A stretch of 64,000 bases of DNA from Candidatus Bathyarchaeia archaeon (GTDB lineage: Archaea > Thermoproteota > Bathyarchaeia > Bathyarchaeales > Bathycorpusculaceae). A model generated the notes under the pieces. That model saw only the letters and a list, made by a program, of their open reading frames with translations. It was not told the origin of the DNA and ran no database searches. Below are positions 7,461-17,187 of this stretch, one piece after another. The first letter of the stretch is position 1. Each line of letters opens with the position of its first letter. Location: NCBI GenBank assembly GCA_049512935.1, contig JBEKWR010000001.1, forward strand, positions 64,001-128,000. The letters are read 5' to 3'. Both the position numbers and the translations under genes were made by a program.

Positions 7461-8807
7461 ATGGCTAGACGCGTAATCGTCATCGGAGCCAACGCCTCAG
7501 GCGTCGAAGCAGCCTCGGCAGCACGCAAAAAGGATCGAACAGCCGAAATCACCCTCATAACGCAGGAGAAAAACGCTGGTTACTCACGCTGCGGCTTACC
7601 ATTCGTCATCGGTGGGCAGATACCCAGCTTCAGCGACCTCATCGTTTACCCGCCAGCGTACTTCCAGATGCTCAAGCTGAACCTGCGCAGCGAAACACGG
7701 GCCACAGCCATAAACACCAAGGAAAAAACCGTCACCGTCGCCACCAAGGAAGGAGCCACGGAAGTGCTGCCGTACGACAGCTTGGTGATTGCAACAGGCG
7801 CTGACTCGTTCACGCCGCCGATCAAAGGCAGGGAAAAACCAGGAGTGCTCAGCCTACGCGGCATCGAAGACGGCGAAAAGATCAGCGCAGCGGTCAAGGC
7901 GGGCGCGAAATCAGCGGTCATCATGGGCGCTGGCTTGATCGGGTTGGAAGTCGGCGTCGGCTTGATAGAGAAAGGCTTGAAAGTCACCGTTGTGGAAATG
8001 CTGCCGCAGATTCTGCCGCAGCTGCTTGACGCGGACATGGCGAAGCTTGTGCAGGATCATCTGGAGGAGAAGGGCATGCGCATCCTCATCAGCAAGGGCG
8101 TGGAAGAGTTCCTCGGCGACGACAAAGTCACGGCTATCATGGCGGGCGGCGAAAAAATCGAGGCTGACCTGTTCATCAGCGCTTTCGGCGTGAGAGCTAA
8201 CACGAAACTCGCGGTTGACGCGGGCATACCTCTTGGCGAGTCACGCGCCATCAAAACCAACTCGCGCATGGAAACCGACGTGAAAGACGTTTACGCCGTG
8301 GGCGACTGCGCTGAAGCCCCAAACATCATCACGCACCGTCCCATGTGCGCGCAGCTGGGCACAATCGCCGTACGCCAAGGCAAGGTTGCAGGAGCAAACG
8401 CGGGAGGCGACTACTCCCAGTTCACAGGCGTCCTGGCATCCGCCGTCACACGGCTCTTCGAGATTGAAGCAGGCAACACGGGGTTAACTGAAGCCGCCGC
8501 GGCACGAAACCGCATCGAAGTCGTCACGGGCGCGATCAGCAGCAAAACCAAAGCAGACTACTTCCCAGGCGCCAAACCCATCAAGGTCAAACTTGTCGTC
8601 GAGAAAGAGTCGCAGCGAATCGTGGGCGGGCAGATCGTCGGCGGAGAAGAAGTCACGCAGCGCATCAACTGCATAAGCTTCGCCATCCAAAAAGGCATGA
8701 ACGTTCGGGAACTCGCGAAGGCAGACACGGCTTACGCGCCGCCACTGTGCGAAACGTGGGAACCCATGGTTTTAGCCGCAGAAATGGTCCTCATGAAACT
8801 GCGTTAA
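7461..8807 (+). CDS. FAD-dependent NADH oxidase / CoA-disulfide reductase family
   Basis: YSRCGLP redox Cys, ATG, GAGLIGLE, YAVGDC, YAPP. Confidence 0.88.
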   Translation: MARRVIVIGANASGVEAASAARKKDRTAEITLITQEKNAGYSRCGLPFVIGGQIPSFSDLIVYPPAYFQMLKLNLRSETRATAINTKEKTVTVATKEGATEVLPYDSLVIATGADSFTPPIKGREKPGVLSLRGIEDGEKISAAVKAGAKSAVIMGAGLIGLEVGVGLIEKGLKVTVVEMLPQILPQLLDADMAKLVQDHLEEKGMRILISKGVEEFLGDDKVTAIMAGGEKIEADLFISAFGVRANTKLAVDAGIPLGESRAIKTNSRMETDVKDVYAVGDCAEAPNIITHRPMCAQLGTIAVRQGKVAGANAGGDYSQFTGVLASAVTRLFEIEAGNTGLTEAAAARNRIEVVTGAISSKTKADYFPGAKPIKVKLVVEKESQRIVGGQIVGGEEVTQRINCISFAIQKGMNVRELAKADTAYAPPLCETWEPMVLAAEMVLMKLR

Positions 8808-8879
8808 GCAGCTTTCTCTTTCTTTTTGTTTTTTGTTTGATTCTTTCGATTGGTAAAGGTCGCTTTATCGGTTTGGGTT

Positions 8880-10703
8880 TTAGATGAGGTAGGCTTCTGT
8901 GATGTATCTTCGTACAACCCACTGCGTCTGGAAGTAGTAGGCGATTTTCGCAATGGAGTTTTTCATGAGGTGTATCCATGCGTCTTTTTGCCTGTTGAAT
9001 GTTGGGGCAATCAGGTATTCGAGTTTGCTGTAGAGGTCTTGGAGCTCTAGTTCTCTTCTTTCGTTTTCAGCCAGCAACTCTCTGGGGTGAGGCCCAATTG
9101 CCCACCCAGTCACGCCTTCGATGCATCCCTCCATCCACCAGCCGTCAAGGACACTGAAGTTTACGACGCCGTTGTGGGCGGCTTTCATGCCGCTGGTTCC
9201 GGAAGCCTCAAAGGGCGGCAAAGGCGTGTTAAGCCAAACGTCGACGCCTGAAGTAAGCTTAGCTGCGATGTCCATGTCATAATTCTCCAAGTAAACGACG
9301 CTTACTTGACCTTCCAACGCACGCGCGTAGTCATGAATTTGCCTTATGAGTCCCTTTCCATCGGTGTCCTTTGGATGTGCTTTCCCAGCGAAAATCATCT
9401 GGATTTTTTCTTTCCGATTAATATCCCTCAGCCTGTGCAGATCGCTAAAGATGAGGGTTGCACGTTTGTAGCCTGTGGCTCTTCTAGCAAAACCAATCGT
9501 TAACGCCTGCGGATCCAGCGTTTTCCCGTTGGTTCTTTCAACGAAACTCAGCAGGTCCGTTTTTGCTTTGGTGTGGGCATCCCAGACTTCACGGTTAGGA
9601 ATCTCGGTGGCTTTGGCAAGAAGTATCGGTTCGTTTGCCCAGCCTGGAATGTATTTGTCGAAGAGTTGTCTGAAGTAAAGGCTCGTCCATGTGGAGGAGT
9701 GGACTCCGTTGGTTACCGCGCGGATGTAGCGACCTGGAAAAAGTTTTCTGGAGTAATCCACGTGCGCCAAAGAGACGCCGTTTATGTATTTGCTTAAGTT
9801 CAGCGCGAGGAAAGCCATGTTGAGGTTTTCTTCTCCTGCATACTGCTTCATTTCAGCCAGCGGGTACTCTTTGTCAAGCATTTGCTGGACAAGGTCATAG
9901 GAGAACTGGTCAAAGGCAGCTTCCACCGGGCTGTGAGTGGTGAAGACACAGAGGTTTTGGACTTTTTCCGCGTCCATGCCGTTTTCCTTTAGCAGTTCAA
10001 GCGTCAGCAGGCTAGAGTGGCCTTCATTCATGTGGTACTTTCGGATTTTGAAAGGCAAGTTCCTCAGGAGTTTGGTGCCTCCTATACCCAGAACAATCTC
10101 CTGTTTCAACCTGTAGGTTTTGTCGCCGCCGTACAATGAATCTGTGATCCTTCGATCTTCAGGGGTGTTTTCTTCCATATCAGTGTCCAAAAACAGAATC
10201 GGCACCATGCCGCCCGTAACGCTCTGCCACTCATGAAGCCAAGCCTGCACCTTCACGGGGCGCCCCTCTATGCTTACGGTGACAACGTTAGGCATCCGAG
10301 TTAAGGTTTTGGCAGGATCCCACTCGTCAGGAAACTCAAGTTGCTCCCCTTGCTCGGTGAGTTTCTGCCGAAAGTAGCCTTTCCTGCTTGCAAGTGTGAT
10401 TGCAACCATCTGGAGCCGAAGGTCGGCGCTGGATTTCACTATGTCGCCCGCAAGAATGCCTAAGCCGCCGCTGTAGGTCGGAATGTTGCTGGAAATGCCT
10501 ATTTCCATTGAGAAGTAGGCTATTCGGCGGTCTTCAAGGAAGTGTCGGCGGCAGTTTTCGCTGCAGAAACAGTGTTTTTTGCCTCCGAAGCTTTCGCATG
10601 CCGCTTCGATTCTTGTCGCCATGTTCTCTGCGTCTATCTGAATTCCGCAAACGGGGCATCTTAAAAACATGGGACTATCCAAACTCGGCACCAATGAAGA
10701 CAA
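8880..10703 (-). CDS. glgP: Alpha-glucan phosphorylase with N-terminal YHS/TRASH-like domain
   Basis: AYFSMEIG, YSGGLGILAGD, HMNEGH, EASGTSGMK; N-terminal CPVCG...FCSENC. Confidence 0.9.
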   Translation of the reverse strand: MSSLVPSLDSPMFLRCPVCGIQIDAENMATRIEAACESFGGKKHCFCSENCRRHFLEDRRIAYFSMEIGISSNIPTYSGGLGILAGDIVKSSADLRLQMVAITLASRKGYFRQKLTEQGEQLEFPDEWDPAKTLTRMPNVVTVSIEGRPVKVQAWLHEWQSVTGGMVPILFLDTDMEENTPEDRRITDSLYGGDKTYRLKQEIVLGIGGTKLLRNLPFKIRKYHMNEGHSSLLTLELLKENGMDAEKVQNLCVFTTHSPVEAAFDQFSYDLVQQMLDKEYPLAEMKQYAGEENLNMAFLALNLSKYINGVSLAHVDYSRKLFPGRYIRAVTNGVHSSTWTSLYFRQLFDKYIPGWANEPILLAKATEIPNREVWDAHTKAKTDLLSFVERTNGKTLDPQALTIGFARRATGYKRATLIFSDLHRLRDINRKEKIQMIFAGKAHPKDTDGKGLIRQIHDYARALEGQVSVVYLENYDMDIAAKLTSGVDVWLNTPLPPFEASGTSGMKAAHNGVVNFSVLDGWWMEGCIEGVTGWAIGPHPRELLAENERRELELQDLYSKLEYLIAPTFNRQKDAWIHLMKNSIAKIAYYFQTQWVVRRYITEAYLI

Positions 10704-10781
10704 CCCATCAACCTACGTTGATATATGTATTTGCTAGAAAGCGGGATGCTCCGATTTGCCTAAAACGGTTTTTTCTCTTTG

Positions 10782-11240
10782 TTATCCTGTTTGGGAAGTT
10801 TCTGGCTGGGTGAAGGGCTCCGTCATGCCGACAAGCAGTTTCCCAAAAGTGTTAACGTGGGTTTCCTCATCCGCGAGAATTTCCTCCAGCAGGCGCCGTG
10901 TCGTGTAGTCACCCTCGTGCGCCGCGTATTGAATTGCTTCCTTGTAGAGCTCGATGGCGTCCTCCTCATCTCGCTGATCCTGCGTAAGCATCTCGAGGAT
11001 GCTGCCTCCGACGAAAATCGGGTCAGGCTTAACTGTTGGCACCCCGTTGAGGTAGTCCAGTTGCTCGGCTAAGCGTTCGGCATGCTTCATTTCGGCGATG
11101 GCTGTTTTGCGGAAGATGTCTTCGACGGCTGCGCCGTCCATGCCCGTGACTTGAACGTGCTGCCACATGTACTGGATGCTGACTTGGAGTTCACGGGCTA
11201 TGGCTTTGTTTAAAAATTCTAAAAGCTTTTCAGAAACCAA
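10782..11240 (-). CDS. Bacterioferritin/ferritin-like di-iron protein
   Basis: ELQVSIQY, EMKHAE, EEDAI..Y, DEETH; TTG at 11240 preferred over 11372. Confidence 0.85.
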   Translation of the reverse strand: MVSEKLLEFLNKAIARELQVSIQYMWQHVQVTGMDGAAVEDIFRKTAIAEMKHAERLAEQLDYLNGVPTVKPDPIFVGGSILEMLTQDQRDEEDAIELYKEAIQYAAHEGDYTTRRLLEEILADEETHVNTFGKLLVGMTEPFTQPETSQTG

Positions 11241-11330
11241 AGCTTGTTCACCTATAAAAATGGATGGTTGTTCATTATATAAACTAAGCTGCCGCCTCAC
11301 CCTGAATTTGCCTGAATCTCTTGCACATAG

Positions 11331-11354
11331 TTTGCCCAGATATATTTGGGCAAA
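11331..11354. promoter_or_regulatory. Palindrome in the divergent ferritin/Rieske promoter
   Basis: TTTGCCCA-GATATATT-TGGGCAAA. Confidence 0.5.
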
Positions 11355-11445
11355 ATATAAGTATCCGATCATGCACGGCTAATTTGGAGTCAAGGCTGAA
11401 AAATGGGGAATGAAAGAATTAAATTAACGGAGAAGAGGTGGAAAA

Positions 11446-11781
11446 ATGGTTTTTGAAAAAGTCGCTGAAACCCAAGAGATATCTGCTGGGCAAATGAAAG
11501 CCGTAAAATTTGGGGCCGAACAAGTTTTGCTTACAAACGTAAATGGTACGTACTACGCGATCGGAAACTTTTGCACTCATGAAGGCGGGAACCTTTCAAA
11601 GGGAACCTTGCAGGGAAACATCGTTTCTTGCCCCAAGCATAAGGCACAGTTTGACGTAACAACAGGCAAGGTGGTTTCTCCTCCAAAAGTGCTGTTTATG
11701 CATCCTAAAATCAACGACGAAAGCGCTTACACGGTCAAGGTTGAGGGAACAGCTATCCTGCTTGAACGCAAGCTTCAGTAA
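11446..11781 (+). CDS. Rieske [2Fe-2S] ferredoxin
   Basis: CTH...CPKH. Confidence 0.9.
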   Translation: MVFEKVAETQEISAGQMKAVKFGAEQVLLTNVNGTYYAIGNFCTHEGGNLSKGTLQGNIVSCPKHKAQFDVTTGKVVSPPKVLFMHPKINDESAYTVKVEGTAILLERKLQ

Positions 11782-11995
11782 ATAAGCCAACAAATAACCG
11801 CTAGCGCATTCGAAGAATTTCAAGACAGAACATGATTTCGTCTATGAGTTCTTGAGTTCTTTATTTTTTATGTTATGCAGCCTTAATGGCTTTTTTGATT
11901 ATGAAACAGGAAGTAGAGGGATAAGTTGCCTATCATTCATGCGCTAATAAGTTTATATATGAAGTGAAACTAAGTGAATTATTGAGGTTTTCTGA

Positions 11996-12217
11996 ATGAT
12001 GGAGAAAGATGTTGTTATGAATAATATGCAGTTGGGTGCAATTGTTGCGGATGTGATAGGAATAATCTTGGTGCTAGTTGGAGGATTAGTAACGTACGCT
12101 AAAGCAAGATCTGGTGTAGGCATCGGCTTGTTCTGGGTAGGGTGGGTGCTGCTGATAATTGCTCTAATAATAATCTTGTTAAGCATGAGAAAACCCATGA
12201 CGAAGACTAGTTCCTAA
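11996..12217 (+). CDS. Small two-TM membrane protein
   Basis: Two hydrophobic helices and a basic tail. Confidence 0.55.
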   Translation: MMEKDVVMNNMQLGAIVADVIGIILVLVGGLVTYAKARSGVGIGLFWVGWVLLIIALIIILLSMRKPMTKTSS

Positions 12218-12435
12218 ATGGATTCTTTTTGAAGACACACATCCATCTTTTCTTTTTTTTTGAAAGAAAAGTTATCTGAGTTCACTTAAAGTTAAGAGTG
12301 CGAAAACGTCATTCAATGGTTAACGGAACGAGCGTAAATGGAATTAAACTCTTGGGAATGAATGGCAAATCAGCCAATTCTTGCCCGATAAAGAAAAAGG
12401 TCAAATAGGGCTTAAATGAGAAAATAACCGAGCAG

Positions 12436-12510
12436 GGGCCGGTCGTCTAGCTTGGTTAGGACGTTGGCTTTACGAGCCAAAGGTCGCCGGTTCAAGTCCG
12501 GCTCGGCCCA
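12436..12510 (+). tRNA. tRNA-Val(TAC), intronless, CCA not encoded
   Basis: Acceptor GGGCCGG/TCGGCCC, anticodon arm TTGGC-TTTACGA-GCCAA, T-arm GCCGG-TTCAAGT-CCGGC. Confidence 0.95.
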
Positions 12511-12616
12511 CTTTTCATCATTTTTTCTGCAGGATTAAAGTTGTTTACTCAACATTAATGAACGGTTTTTGTTTTTGGTGAAGCTTTTCCTTGAAAAAAC
12601 GATATGAAGCGGAGGC

Positions 12617-12684
12617 GGGCTCAGAGTTGTGTGGAAGATGCAAAGGGTGATGGCGAACCATCAATTGCAGTTCCCTCTGAGCCC
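12617..12684. other. Long nested stem-loop (ncRNA, terminator or MITE candidate)
   Basis: GGGCTCAGAG/CTCTGAGCCC, GGAA/TTCC, TGCAA/TTGCA, TGATGG-CGAA-CCATCA. Confidence 0.5.
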
Positions 12685-12786
12685 AATTCAACAAGAACAG
12701 GACTTATCTCTAAAGCTTTATGAATGTAGAATTTGTACTAGAAGAATAGATCTGTAGCGGATGTTTTCCATAGGCTGAACCGTTTG

Positions 12787-12812
12787 GGTTCAAGTTCGGC
12801 TCGACCCACTTT
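12787..12812 (+). repeat. Degenerate copy of the tRNA-Val 3' end (att-like)
   Basis: GGTTCAAGTTCGGCTCGACCCACTTT vs GGTTCAAGTCCGGCTCGGCCCACTTT (2 mismatches). Confidence 0.75.
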
Positions 12813-12840
12813 AAGGAAACAATCAGTTTTGCAGCTGGCT

Positions 12841-13070
12841 TTAATCTTTGTCATCTCTTATGATTACTTCAAGCGCAACTGCAACTATTGCCACTGCAGC
12901 TACACCATATAGAATTCCATAGATTACTTAAAGCCAACTTGATTGCCCTGACTATCCTGGGCTTTGGCTGTAAGGAAGCATCGGGCTTGGGGGTGTTGGT
13001 TGAGAACTTGTTATGCTTTCGCTTCCTGCGGAATAAGCCGTTGCGCCGTTAGCCGCGATGTTTTCTGTTG
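12841..13070 (-). pseudogene. Relic of a surface protein C-terminus (S/P/T linker + TM anchor)
   Basis: ...SSQPTPPSPMLPYSQSPG*SGQSSWL*VIYGILYGVAAVAIVAVALEVIIRDDKD*. Confidence 0.5.
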
Positions 13071-13191
13071 TCTGCAATAATTGTCAACGCTTCATCTTTC
13101 ACATTTGCGGTTTTACCAGATTTCCAGAGCGCCTCTTATTTTTCCGTAATGCTTAACCGTGACCATTTAGCTATAAATGTACTAAAAGTTC

Positions 13192-13899
13192 ATGTTGAGA
13201 GGTAAAAGTTTGGCGGCTGCAAAAAGCATCTGGAAAAACGAGTACTTCAAAACCGCGGTTGCAGTCGTTTTGATCATCGCCGTGGTTCTCGGCTTGTTCT
13301 TAGGCTTGAAGTACGGGCTGAACACGCCTTATCCCGCGTTGACGGTGGTGTCCGGCAGCATGAGCATCCCCTACGACGCCGCCGACTACAACTTCTGGCT
13401 GACCATAGCCACCCCGTTTGACCGAACCTTAAGCGTGGGCGACATCATCATCGTTCAGGGAGTAAACCCCAAGGACCTAAACACGCATTACCCTAACAGC
13501 GACATAATCGTGTTCCATAACCCATACAACCCAAGCGAGCTGATTGTTCACCGCATCGTCAGCGCCGAAACATACAACGGCGAACTGTACTTTGTCACTA
13601 AGGGCGACGGCAACGGGAACCCTTGGCCCCAAACGCCAACTTCAGACCTTGACCAGTGGGACGGCAACAACCCGCCGGGAGTTCCAGCGAGCGATGTGAT
13701 CGGCAAGGTGGTTATGCGTATTCCATGGTTCGGCTGGATAACGATTTTCGTTAAGGATAACTCTTGGGGTGTGCCAGCGATCATCCTGATCATAATGGTA
13801 ATCGCAATCCTCGAGTTTGTCGCGCCCATCCTTAAAGAAAAGAAACCTGATCAGAATAACGAAAAACAAACTCAGCCAATCGGCAACGAGCACAGGTAG
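13192..13899 (+). CDS. Signal peptidase I (Sec11-like)
   Basis: VVSGSM, GDIII, IVHR, TKGD.N, GKV..RIPW.G. Confidence 0.9.
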   Translation: MLRGKSLAAAKSIWKNEYFKTAVAVVLIIAVVLGLFLGLKYGLNTPYPALTVVSGSMSIPYDAADYNFWLTIATPFDRTLSVGDIIIVQGVNPKDLNTHYPNSDIIVFHNPYNPSELIVHRIVSAETYNGELYFVTKGDGNGNPWPQTPTSDLDQWDGNNPPGVPASDVIGKVVMRIPWFGWITIFVKDNSWGVPAIILIIMVIAILEFVAPILKEKKPDQNNEKQTQPIGNEHR

Positions 13900-13939
13900 T
13901 CCTTTTCATGTCTTTCCCAAGACTAACCTAAAGTTGACT

Positions 13940-14039
13940 CAAGCCCCAAACCAAAAAATCAACCCAGAACAAGCTCTGATGAAGAGCCTTTGACCCTAAG
14001 AGGGGGTCTACTATTTGTGACAAAAATCCATCACAAAAA
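13940..14039 (+). repeat. Dispersed intergenic repeat, copy 2 (A + B)
   Basis: CAAGCCCCAAACCAAAAAATCAACCCAGAACAAGC; AGGGGGTCTACTATTTGTGACAAAAATCCATCACAAAAA. Confidence 0.75.
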
Positions 14040-14053
14040 GCAAAAAGAGAAAA

Positions 14054-14950
14054 TCAGACTTTAGTGCCCTGCGAGGGGTCTTCGATTACCTTTTGGAACT
14101 CCGCCATAAGCACCTTTGTGATGGGCCCAGGTTTTCCCGTGCCGATTGTGCGTTTGTTGACTTCCCGTATCGGAACGAGCTCCATGGCTGTTCCAGTGAA
14201 GAAGGCTTCGTCAGCGGTGAATATCATGAACGGCGTCAGGTTGGTCACTCTCAGTTTTATGCCCAGTTCAGCCGCCAGCTTAGTCACGACTTCAGCCGTG
14301 ATGCCTGCAAGCGCTCCCGTTGAAGTCGGCGGGGTTAACAATTCGCCGTTCTTGACGATGAAGACGTTTTCTCCGACGCCTTCAGCTATGCAACCGTTGC
14401 TTTCCAAGCAGAGGGCTTCATCAACGCCGCACGCGTTAGCTTCTATTTTAGCCATGATGCTGTTGAGGTAGTTGAGCGATTTTATCTCATGTGAAGTTGC
14501 ATCCACGGAGTTTCTTCGAACCCAAGAGAACATGGTTGTTATGCCTGTTTCTTTAGCGTTGCTGGCTCTTATGGAAATGGTGTCAGTGATTATTATGACG
14601 GTAGGCTTGGGGCACTTGCGCGGGTCTAAACCGAGGTCTCCGACTCCGCGGGTCACGACCAACCGTATGTACGAGTCTTTCATCCTGTTTTTTCTCAAAG
14701 CGTCAACGACGGCTTGAATCATTTCTTCCTTGGTCAACGGAATTTTCAGCGTTAACGCGTGCGCTGAACGGTAAAGACGGTCGATATGCTCCTTCAGCTT
14801 GAAGACAACGCCGTTGTACTCGCGGATGCCCTCAAAAACGCCGTCGCCGTAGAGCAAACCGTGGTCGTAGACTGAGATTTTAGCCTGAGACTTAGGGTAG
14901 TATTGCCCGTCGATGTAAACTGACAGTTCATCCGTCATTTCGGTTTCCAC
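14054..14950 (-). CDS. ilvE: Branched-chain amino acid aminotransferase
   Basis: YGDGVFEG, KSLNY, EG.GEN.F, L.GIT, F.TGTA. Confidence 0.95.
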   Translation of the reverse strand: METEMTDELSVYIDGQYYPKSQAKISVYDHGLLYGDGVFEGIREYNGVVFKLKEHIDRLYRSAHALTLKIPLTKEEMIQAVVDALRKNRMKDSYIRLVVTRGVGDLGLDPRKCPKPTVIIITDTISIRASNAKETGITTMFSWVRRNSVDATSHEIKSLNYLNSIMAKIEANACGVDEALCLESNGCIAEGVGENVFIVKNGELLTPPTSTGALAGITAEVVTKLAAELGIKLRVTNLTPFMIFTADEAFFTGTAMELVPIREVNKRTIGTGKPGPITKVLMAEFQKVIEDPSQGTKV

Positions 14951-15022
14951 TTCCTTGCTGGCTGTTTCATATTATTCGATTATTTGATATAGTTTATGCC
15001 AGTGATACACACGATTCGTTTG

Positions 15023-16921
15023 TCAACCATGGAACTGCGGTCGCTTGGAGAGGTACAGTGGCAACGGCAGAGGCTTGAACGGTTTACCCGCGATTTTCTC
15101 AGACACCTTAGCCACCAGCTCGTCAACAGTCATGGTTTGCTGCTGACCCTTGAGCCCGCGTTCCCTGACCGAGAGAGTGCCTGAATCGATTTCCTTCTCG
15201 CCCACGACGATGATGTAGGGTACCCACTCCTGCTCACCTTCACGAATCTTCTTCTGCAAGGTTGACGCGCTGTCGTCGATGTCTACGCGGATGCAGTGCG
15301 CAGCGATTTGCCCTGCGATTTCCTCCACTTTACTGAGGTACTTGTCAGACACTGGGATAAGCCTAACCTGGGTCGGTGAAAGCCACAGGGGCAACATGGG
15401 CGCTTTACCCTGCATCTGTTCCCGGTAAGCCTTCTCCAAAAGCGCGTAGATGTCCCGTTCTATGGCGCCGCTTGGGCTGCAGTGCAATATCAGCGGGTAC
15501 TGTTTTTCGCCTTTCTCGTCAACGAAGGTTATCTCGTAGCGTTTAGCGTTCTCAACATCAATCTGATCCGTACTTAACGCGGCGGCTTTATCCTGGTTGT
15601 CCACGAAGTTGAGGTCCCATTTGAGGACGAAGTAGAAGAACCGCTCGTTCCACACCTCAGCCAGCATGGGTTTGCCAAAAGCCTTCACGATTTCAGTGAT
15701 GAACTCTTTTTGCTCATCATAGAAGCCTCTTGTGAAGCGCATGGCAATTTCATAATCATCTTTAACGAGTCCAATGTTGCTTAGAACATCGATGCAAAGA
15801 TTGAAGCGAACCATGAACTCTTTTTTCGCTTGGTCCAAGTCAGCGCAAAACGCGTGGCAGTCTGGCATAGTGAAAGCTCGCAGACGCTTCAACCCGACAA
15901 CTTCGCCGCTTTTTTCCCGCCTGAAACTGTAACGGGTTAACTCGTAGAGTTTGATCGGAAGCTGCTTGTAGCTCATCTGTGCGTCGTGCGCCATGAGGAA
16001 CTGCCCGAAGCATGCCGCGAAACGCAGGAACAGTTCTTTGTCTTCTGATTTAAGCGTGTACTGGCGTGCTGGGAAACGATTAAGGTAGCTTGCTAAGCTG
16101 GGATGGTTGAAGTCGTACATGATCGGAGTTTCAACTTCCATGCCGCCGTAAGCCGCCACCCTAGCAGAAACATACTGCTCCAGCAGCGACTTGATCATGC
16201 GTCCCTTGGGGTACCAGCGTAGGTTTCCAGGGTCACTTCCCGGCTCATAATCCGCTATCTCAAGCCTCTTCATCAACGTCACATGCGGAGGCATCACAGT
16301 GACCGCCCGAGCTTTCTTAATCTCGTACTGCGAAAACTTCTGCAGGTTAACATGACCCTTGAACTTGAACTCTTCAATAGGCACCAGTGAACCGTCAGGC
16401 AGCAGGACATGCCAGAAAGACTGCATCTTGTCCTCAGCTTTCAACGCGGCGGAAACGGGCTCCTCCTCTTTCTTGCAGACCGCCTCAGCCTTTGCTTCCC
16501 CGGCAACGGGTGCCTGTGCGTAGCTGCGTGCCTGTTCGGCAAGCGGGTGCCCCTTGATGGAGATGGTGAACTGCTTGTTCCAGCCGAACGGAGCACGATA
16601 GGTCTCTATGCCCTTTTCTTTTGCGTAGGCTTCCATGTCTTTTATGATTTTAAGTGCTTGGCTGGGGTTGCTGAGGTTGCTGCTCAGGTGAGCGAACGGG
16701 TAAATGAGGATGCGGTTGGTTTTCTGTTTGCCCAAGAAGGCTCGCACGTCGTCGATGGCTTTCTGCGCTGTCGCGCTGTTGTCGCCTTCTTCTATCGCCG
16801 TGAACAAAACCACGACTTCTTCTATACGGTTTTCTTTCTGCTCCGCTTCTTCGGCGATGGCGATTTCTTTTTGGACAGGTTTGAAAACTATGTAGTTAGA
16901 ATGCAATTGAAGTATTCGCAT
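15023..16921 (-). CDS. thrS: Threonyl-tRNA synthetase (archaeal type)
   Basis: YPFAHLS editing domain, RFAACFGQF, FTMPDCH, HCSPSGAIER. Confidence 0.96.
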   Translation of the reverse strand: MRILQLHSNYIVFKPVQKEIAIAEEAEQKENRIEEVVVLFTAIEEGDNSATAQKAIDDVRAFLGKQKTNRILIYPFAHLSSNLSNPSQALKIIKDMEAYAKEKGIETYRAPFGWNKQFTISIKGHPLAEQARSYAQAPVAGEAKAEAVCKKEEEPVSAALKAEDKMQSFWHVLLPDGSLVPIEEFKFKGHVNLQKFSQYEIKKARAVTVMPPHVTLMKRLEIADYEPGSDPGNLRWYPKGRMIKSLLEQYVSARVAAYGGMEVETPIMYDFNHPSLASYLNRFPARQYTLKSEDKELFLRFAACFGQFLMAHDAQMSYKQLPIKLYELTRYSFRREKSGEVVGLKRLRAFTMPDCHAFCADLDQAKKEFMVRFNLCIDVLSNIGLVKDDYEIAMRFTRGFYDEQKEFITEIVKAFGKPMLAEVWNERFFYFVLKWDLNFVDNQDKAAALSTDQIDVENAKRYEITFVDEKGEKQYPLILHCSPSGAIERDIYALLEKAYREQMQGKAPMLPLWLSPTQVRLIPVSDKYLSKVEEIAGQIAAHCIRVDIDDSASTLQKKIREGEQEWVPYIIVVGEKEIDSGTLSVRERGLKGQQQTMTVDELVAKVSEKIAGKPFKPLPLPLYLSKRPQFHG

Positions 16922-16936
16922 GTTAAACCACTCGTG

Positions 16937-17152
16937 TTAGCGACCCCAACGCCACCTATCAAGCGTCTTGTCTTTTTTAGTTTTCTTCTTGTACTCTTTG
17001 TAGTGCTCTTTACAAATTAAAGCGCGTTTTTCCTTGGTGCTAACTCCAATCCCGGCAGCCTTAACTTTATCAGCTGAGATTGAACGGACAGCTTCTCTAC
17101 TGCAGCCTGACACGCTGCATTTAGCTCCTTTTTCTATGCGACCCACAGTCAA
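16937..17152 (-). CDS. Small basic Zn-binding hypothetical protein
   Basis: CSVSGC...ICKEH, Lys-rich tail; in the NAC-pfkB-thrS run. Confidence 0.7.
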   Translation of the reverse strand: MTVGRIEKGAKCSVSGCSREAVRSISADKVKAAGIGVSTKEKRALICKEHYKEYKKKTKKDKTLDRWRWGR

Positions 17153-17187
17153 AGCCTCACGTGCACTGTTTTAACTTGTAATGTGCG

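Noticed and set aside
12841-13070. Pyrrolysine or selenocysteine readthrough
   Set aside because: Contains both TAG and TAA in frame and no start; decay is the simpler explanation.
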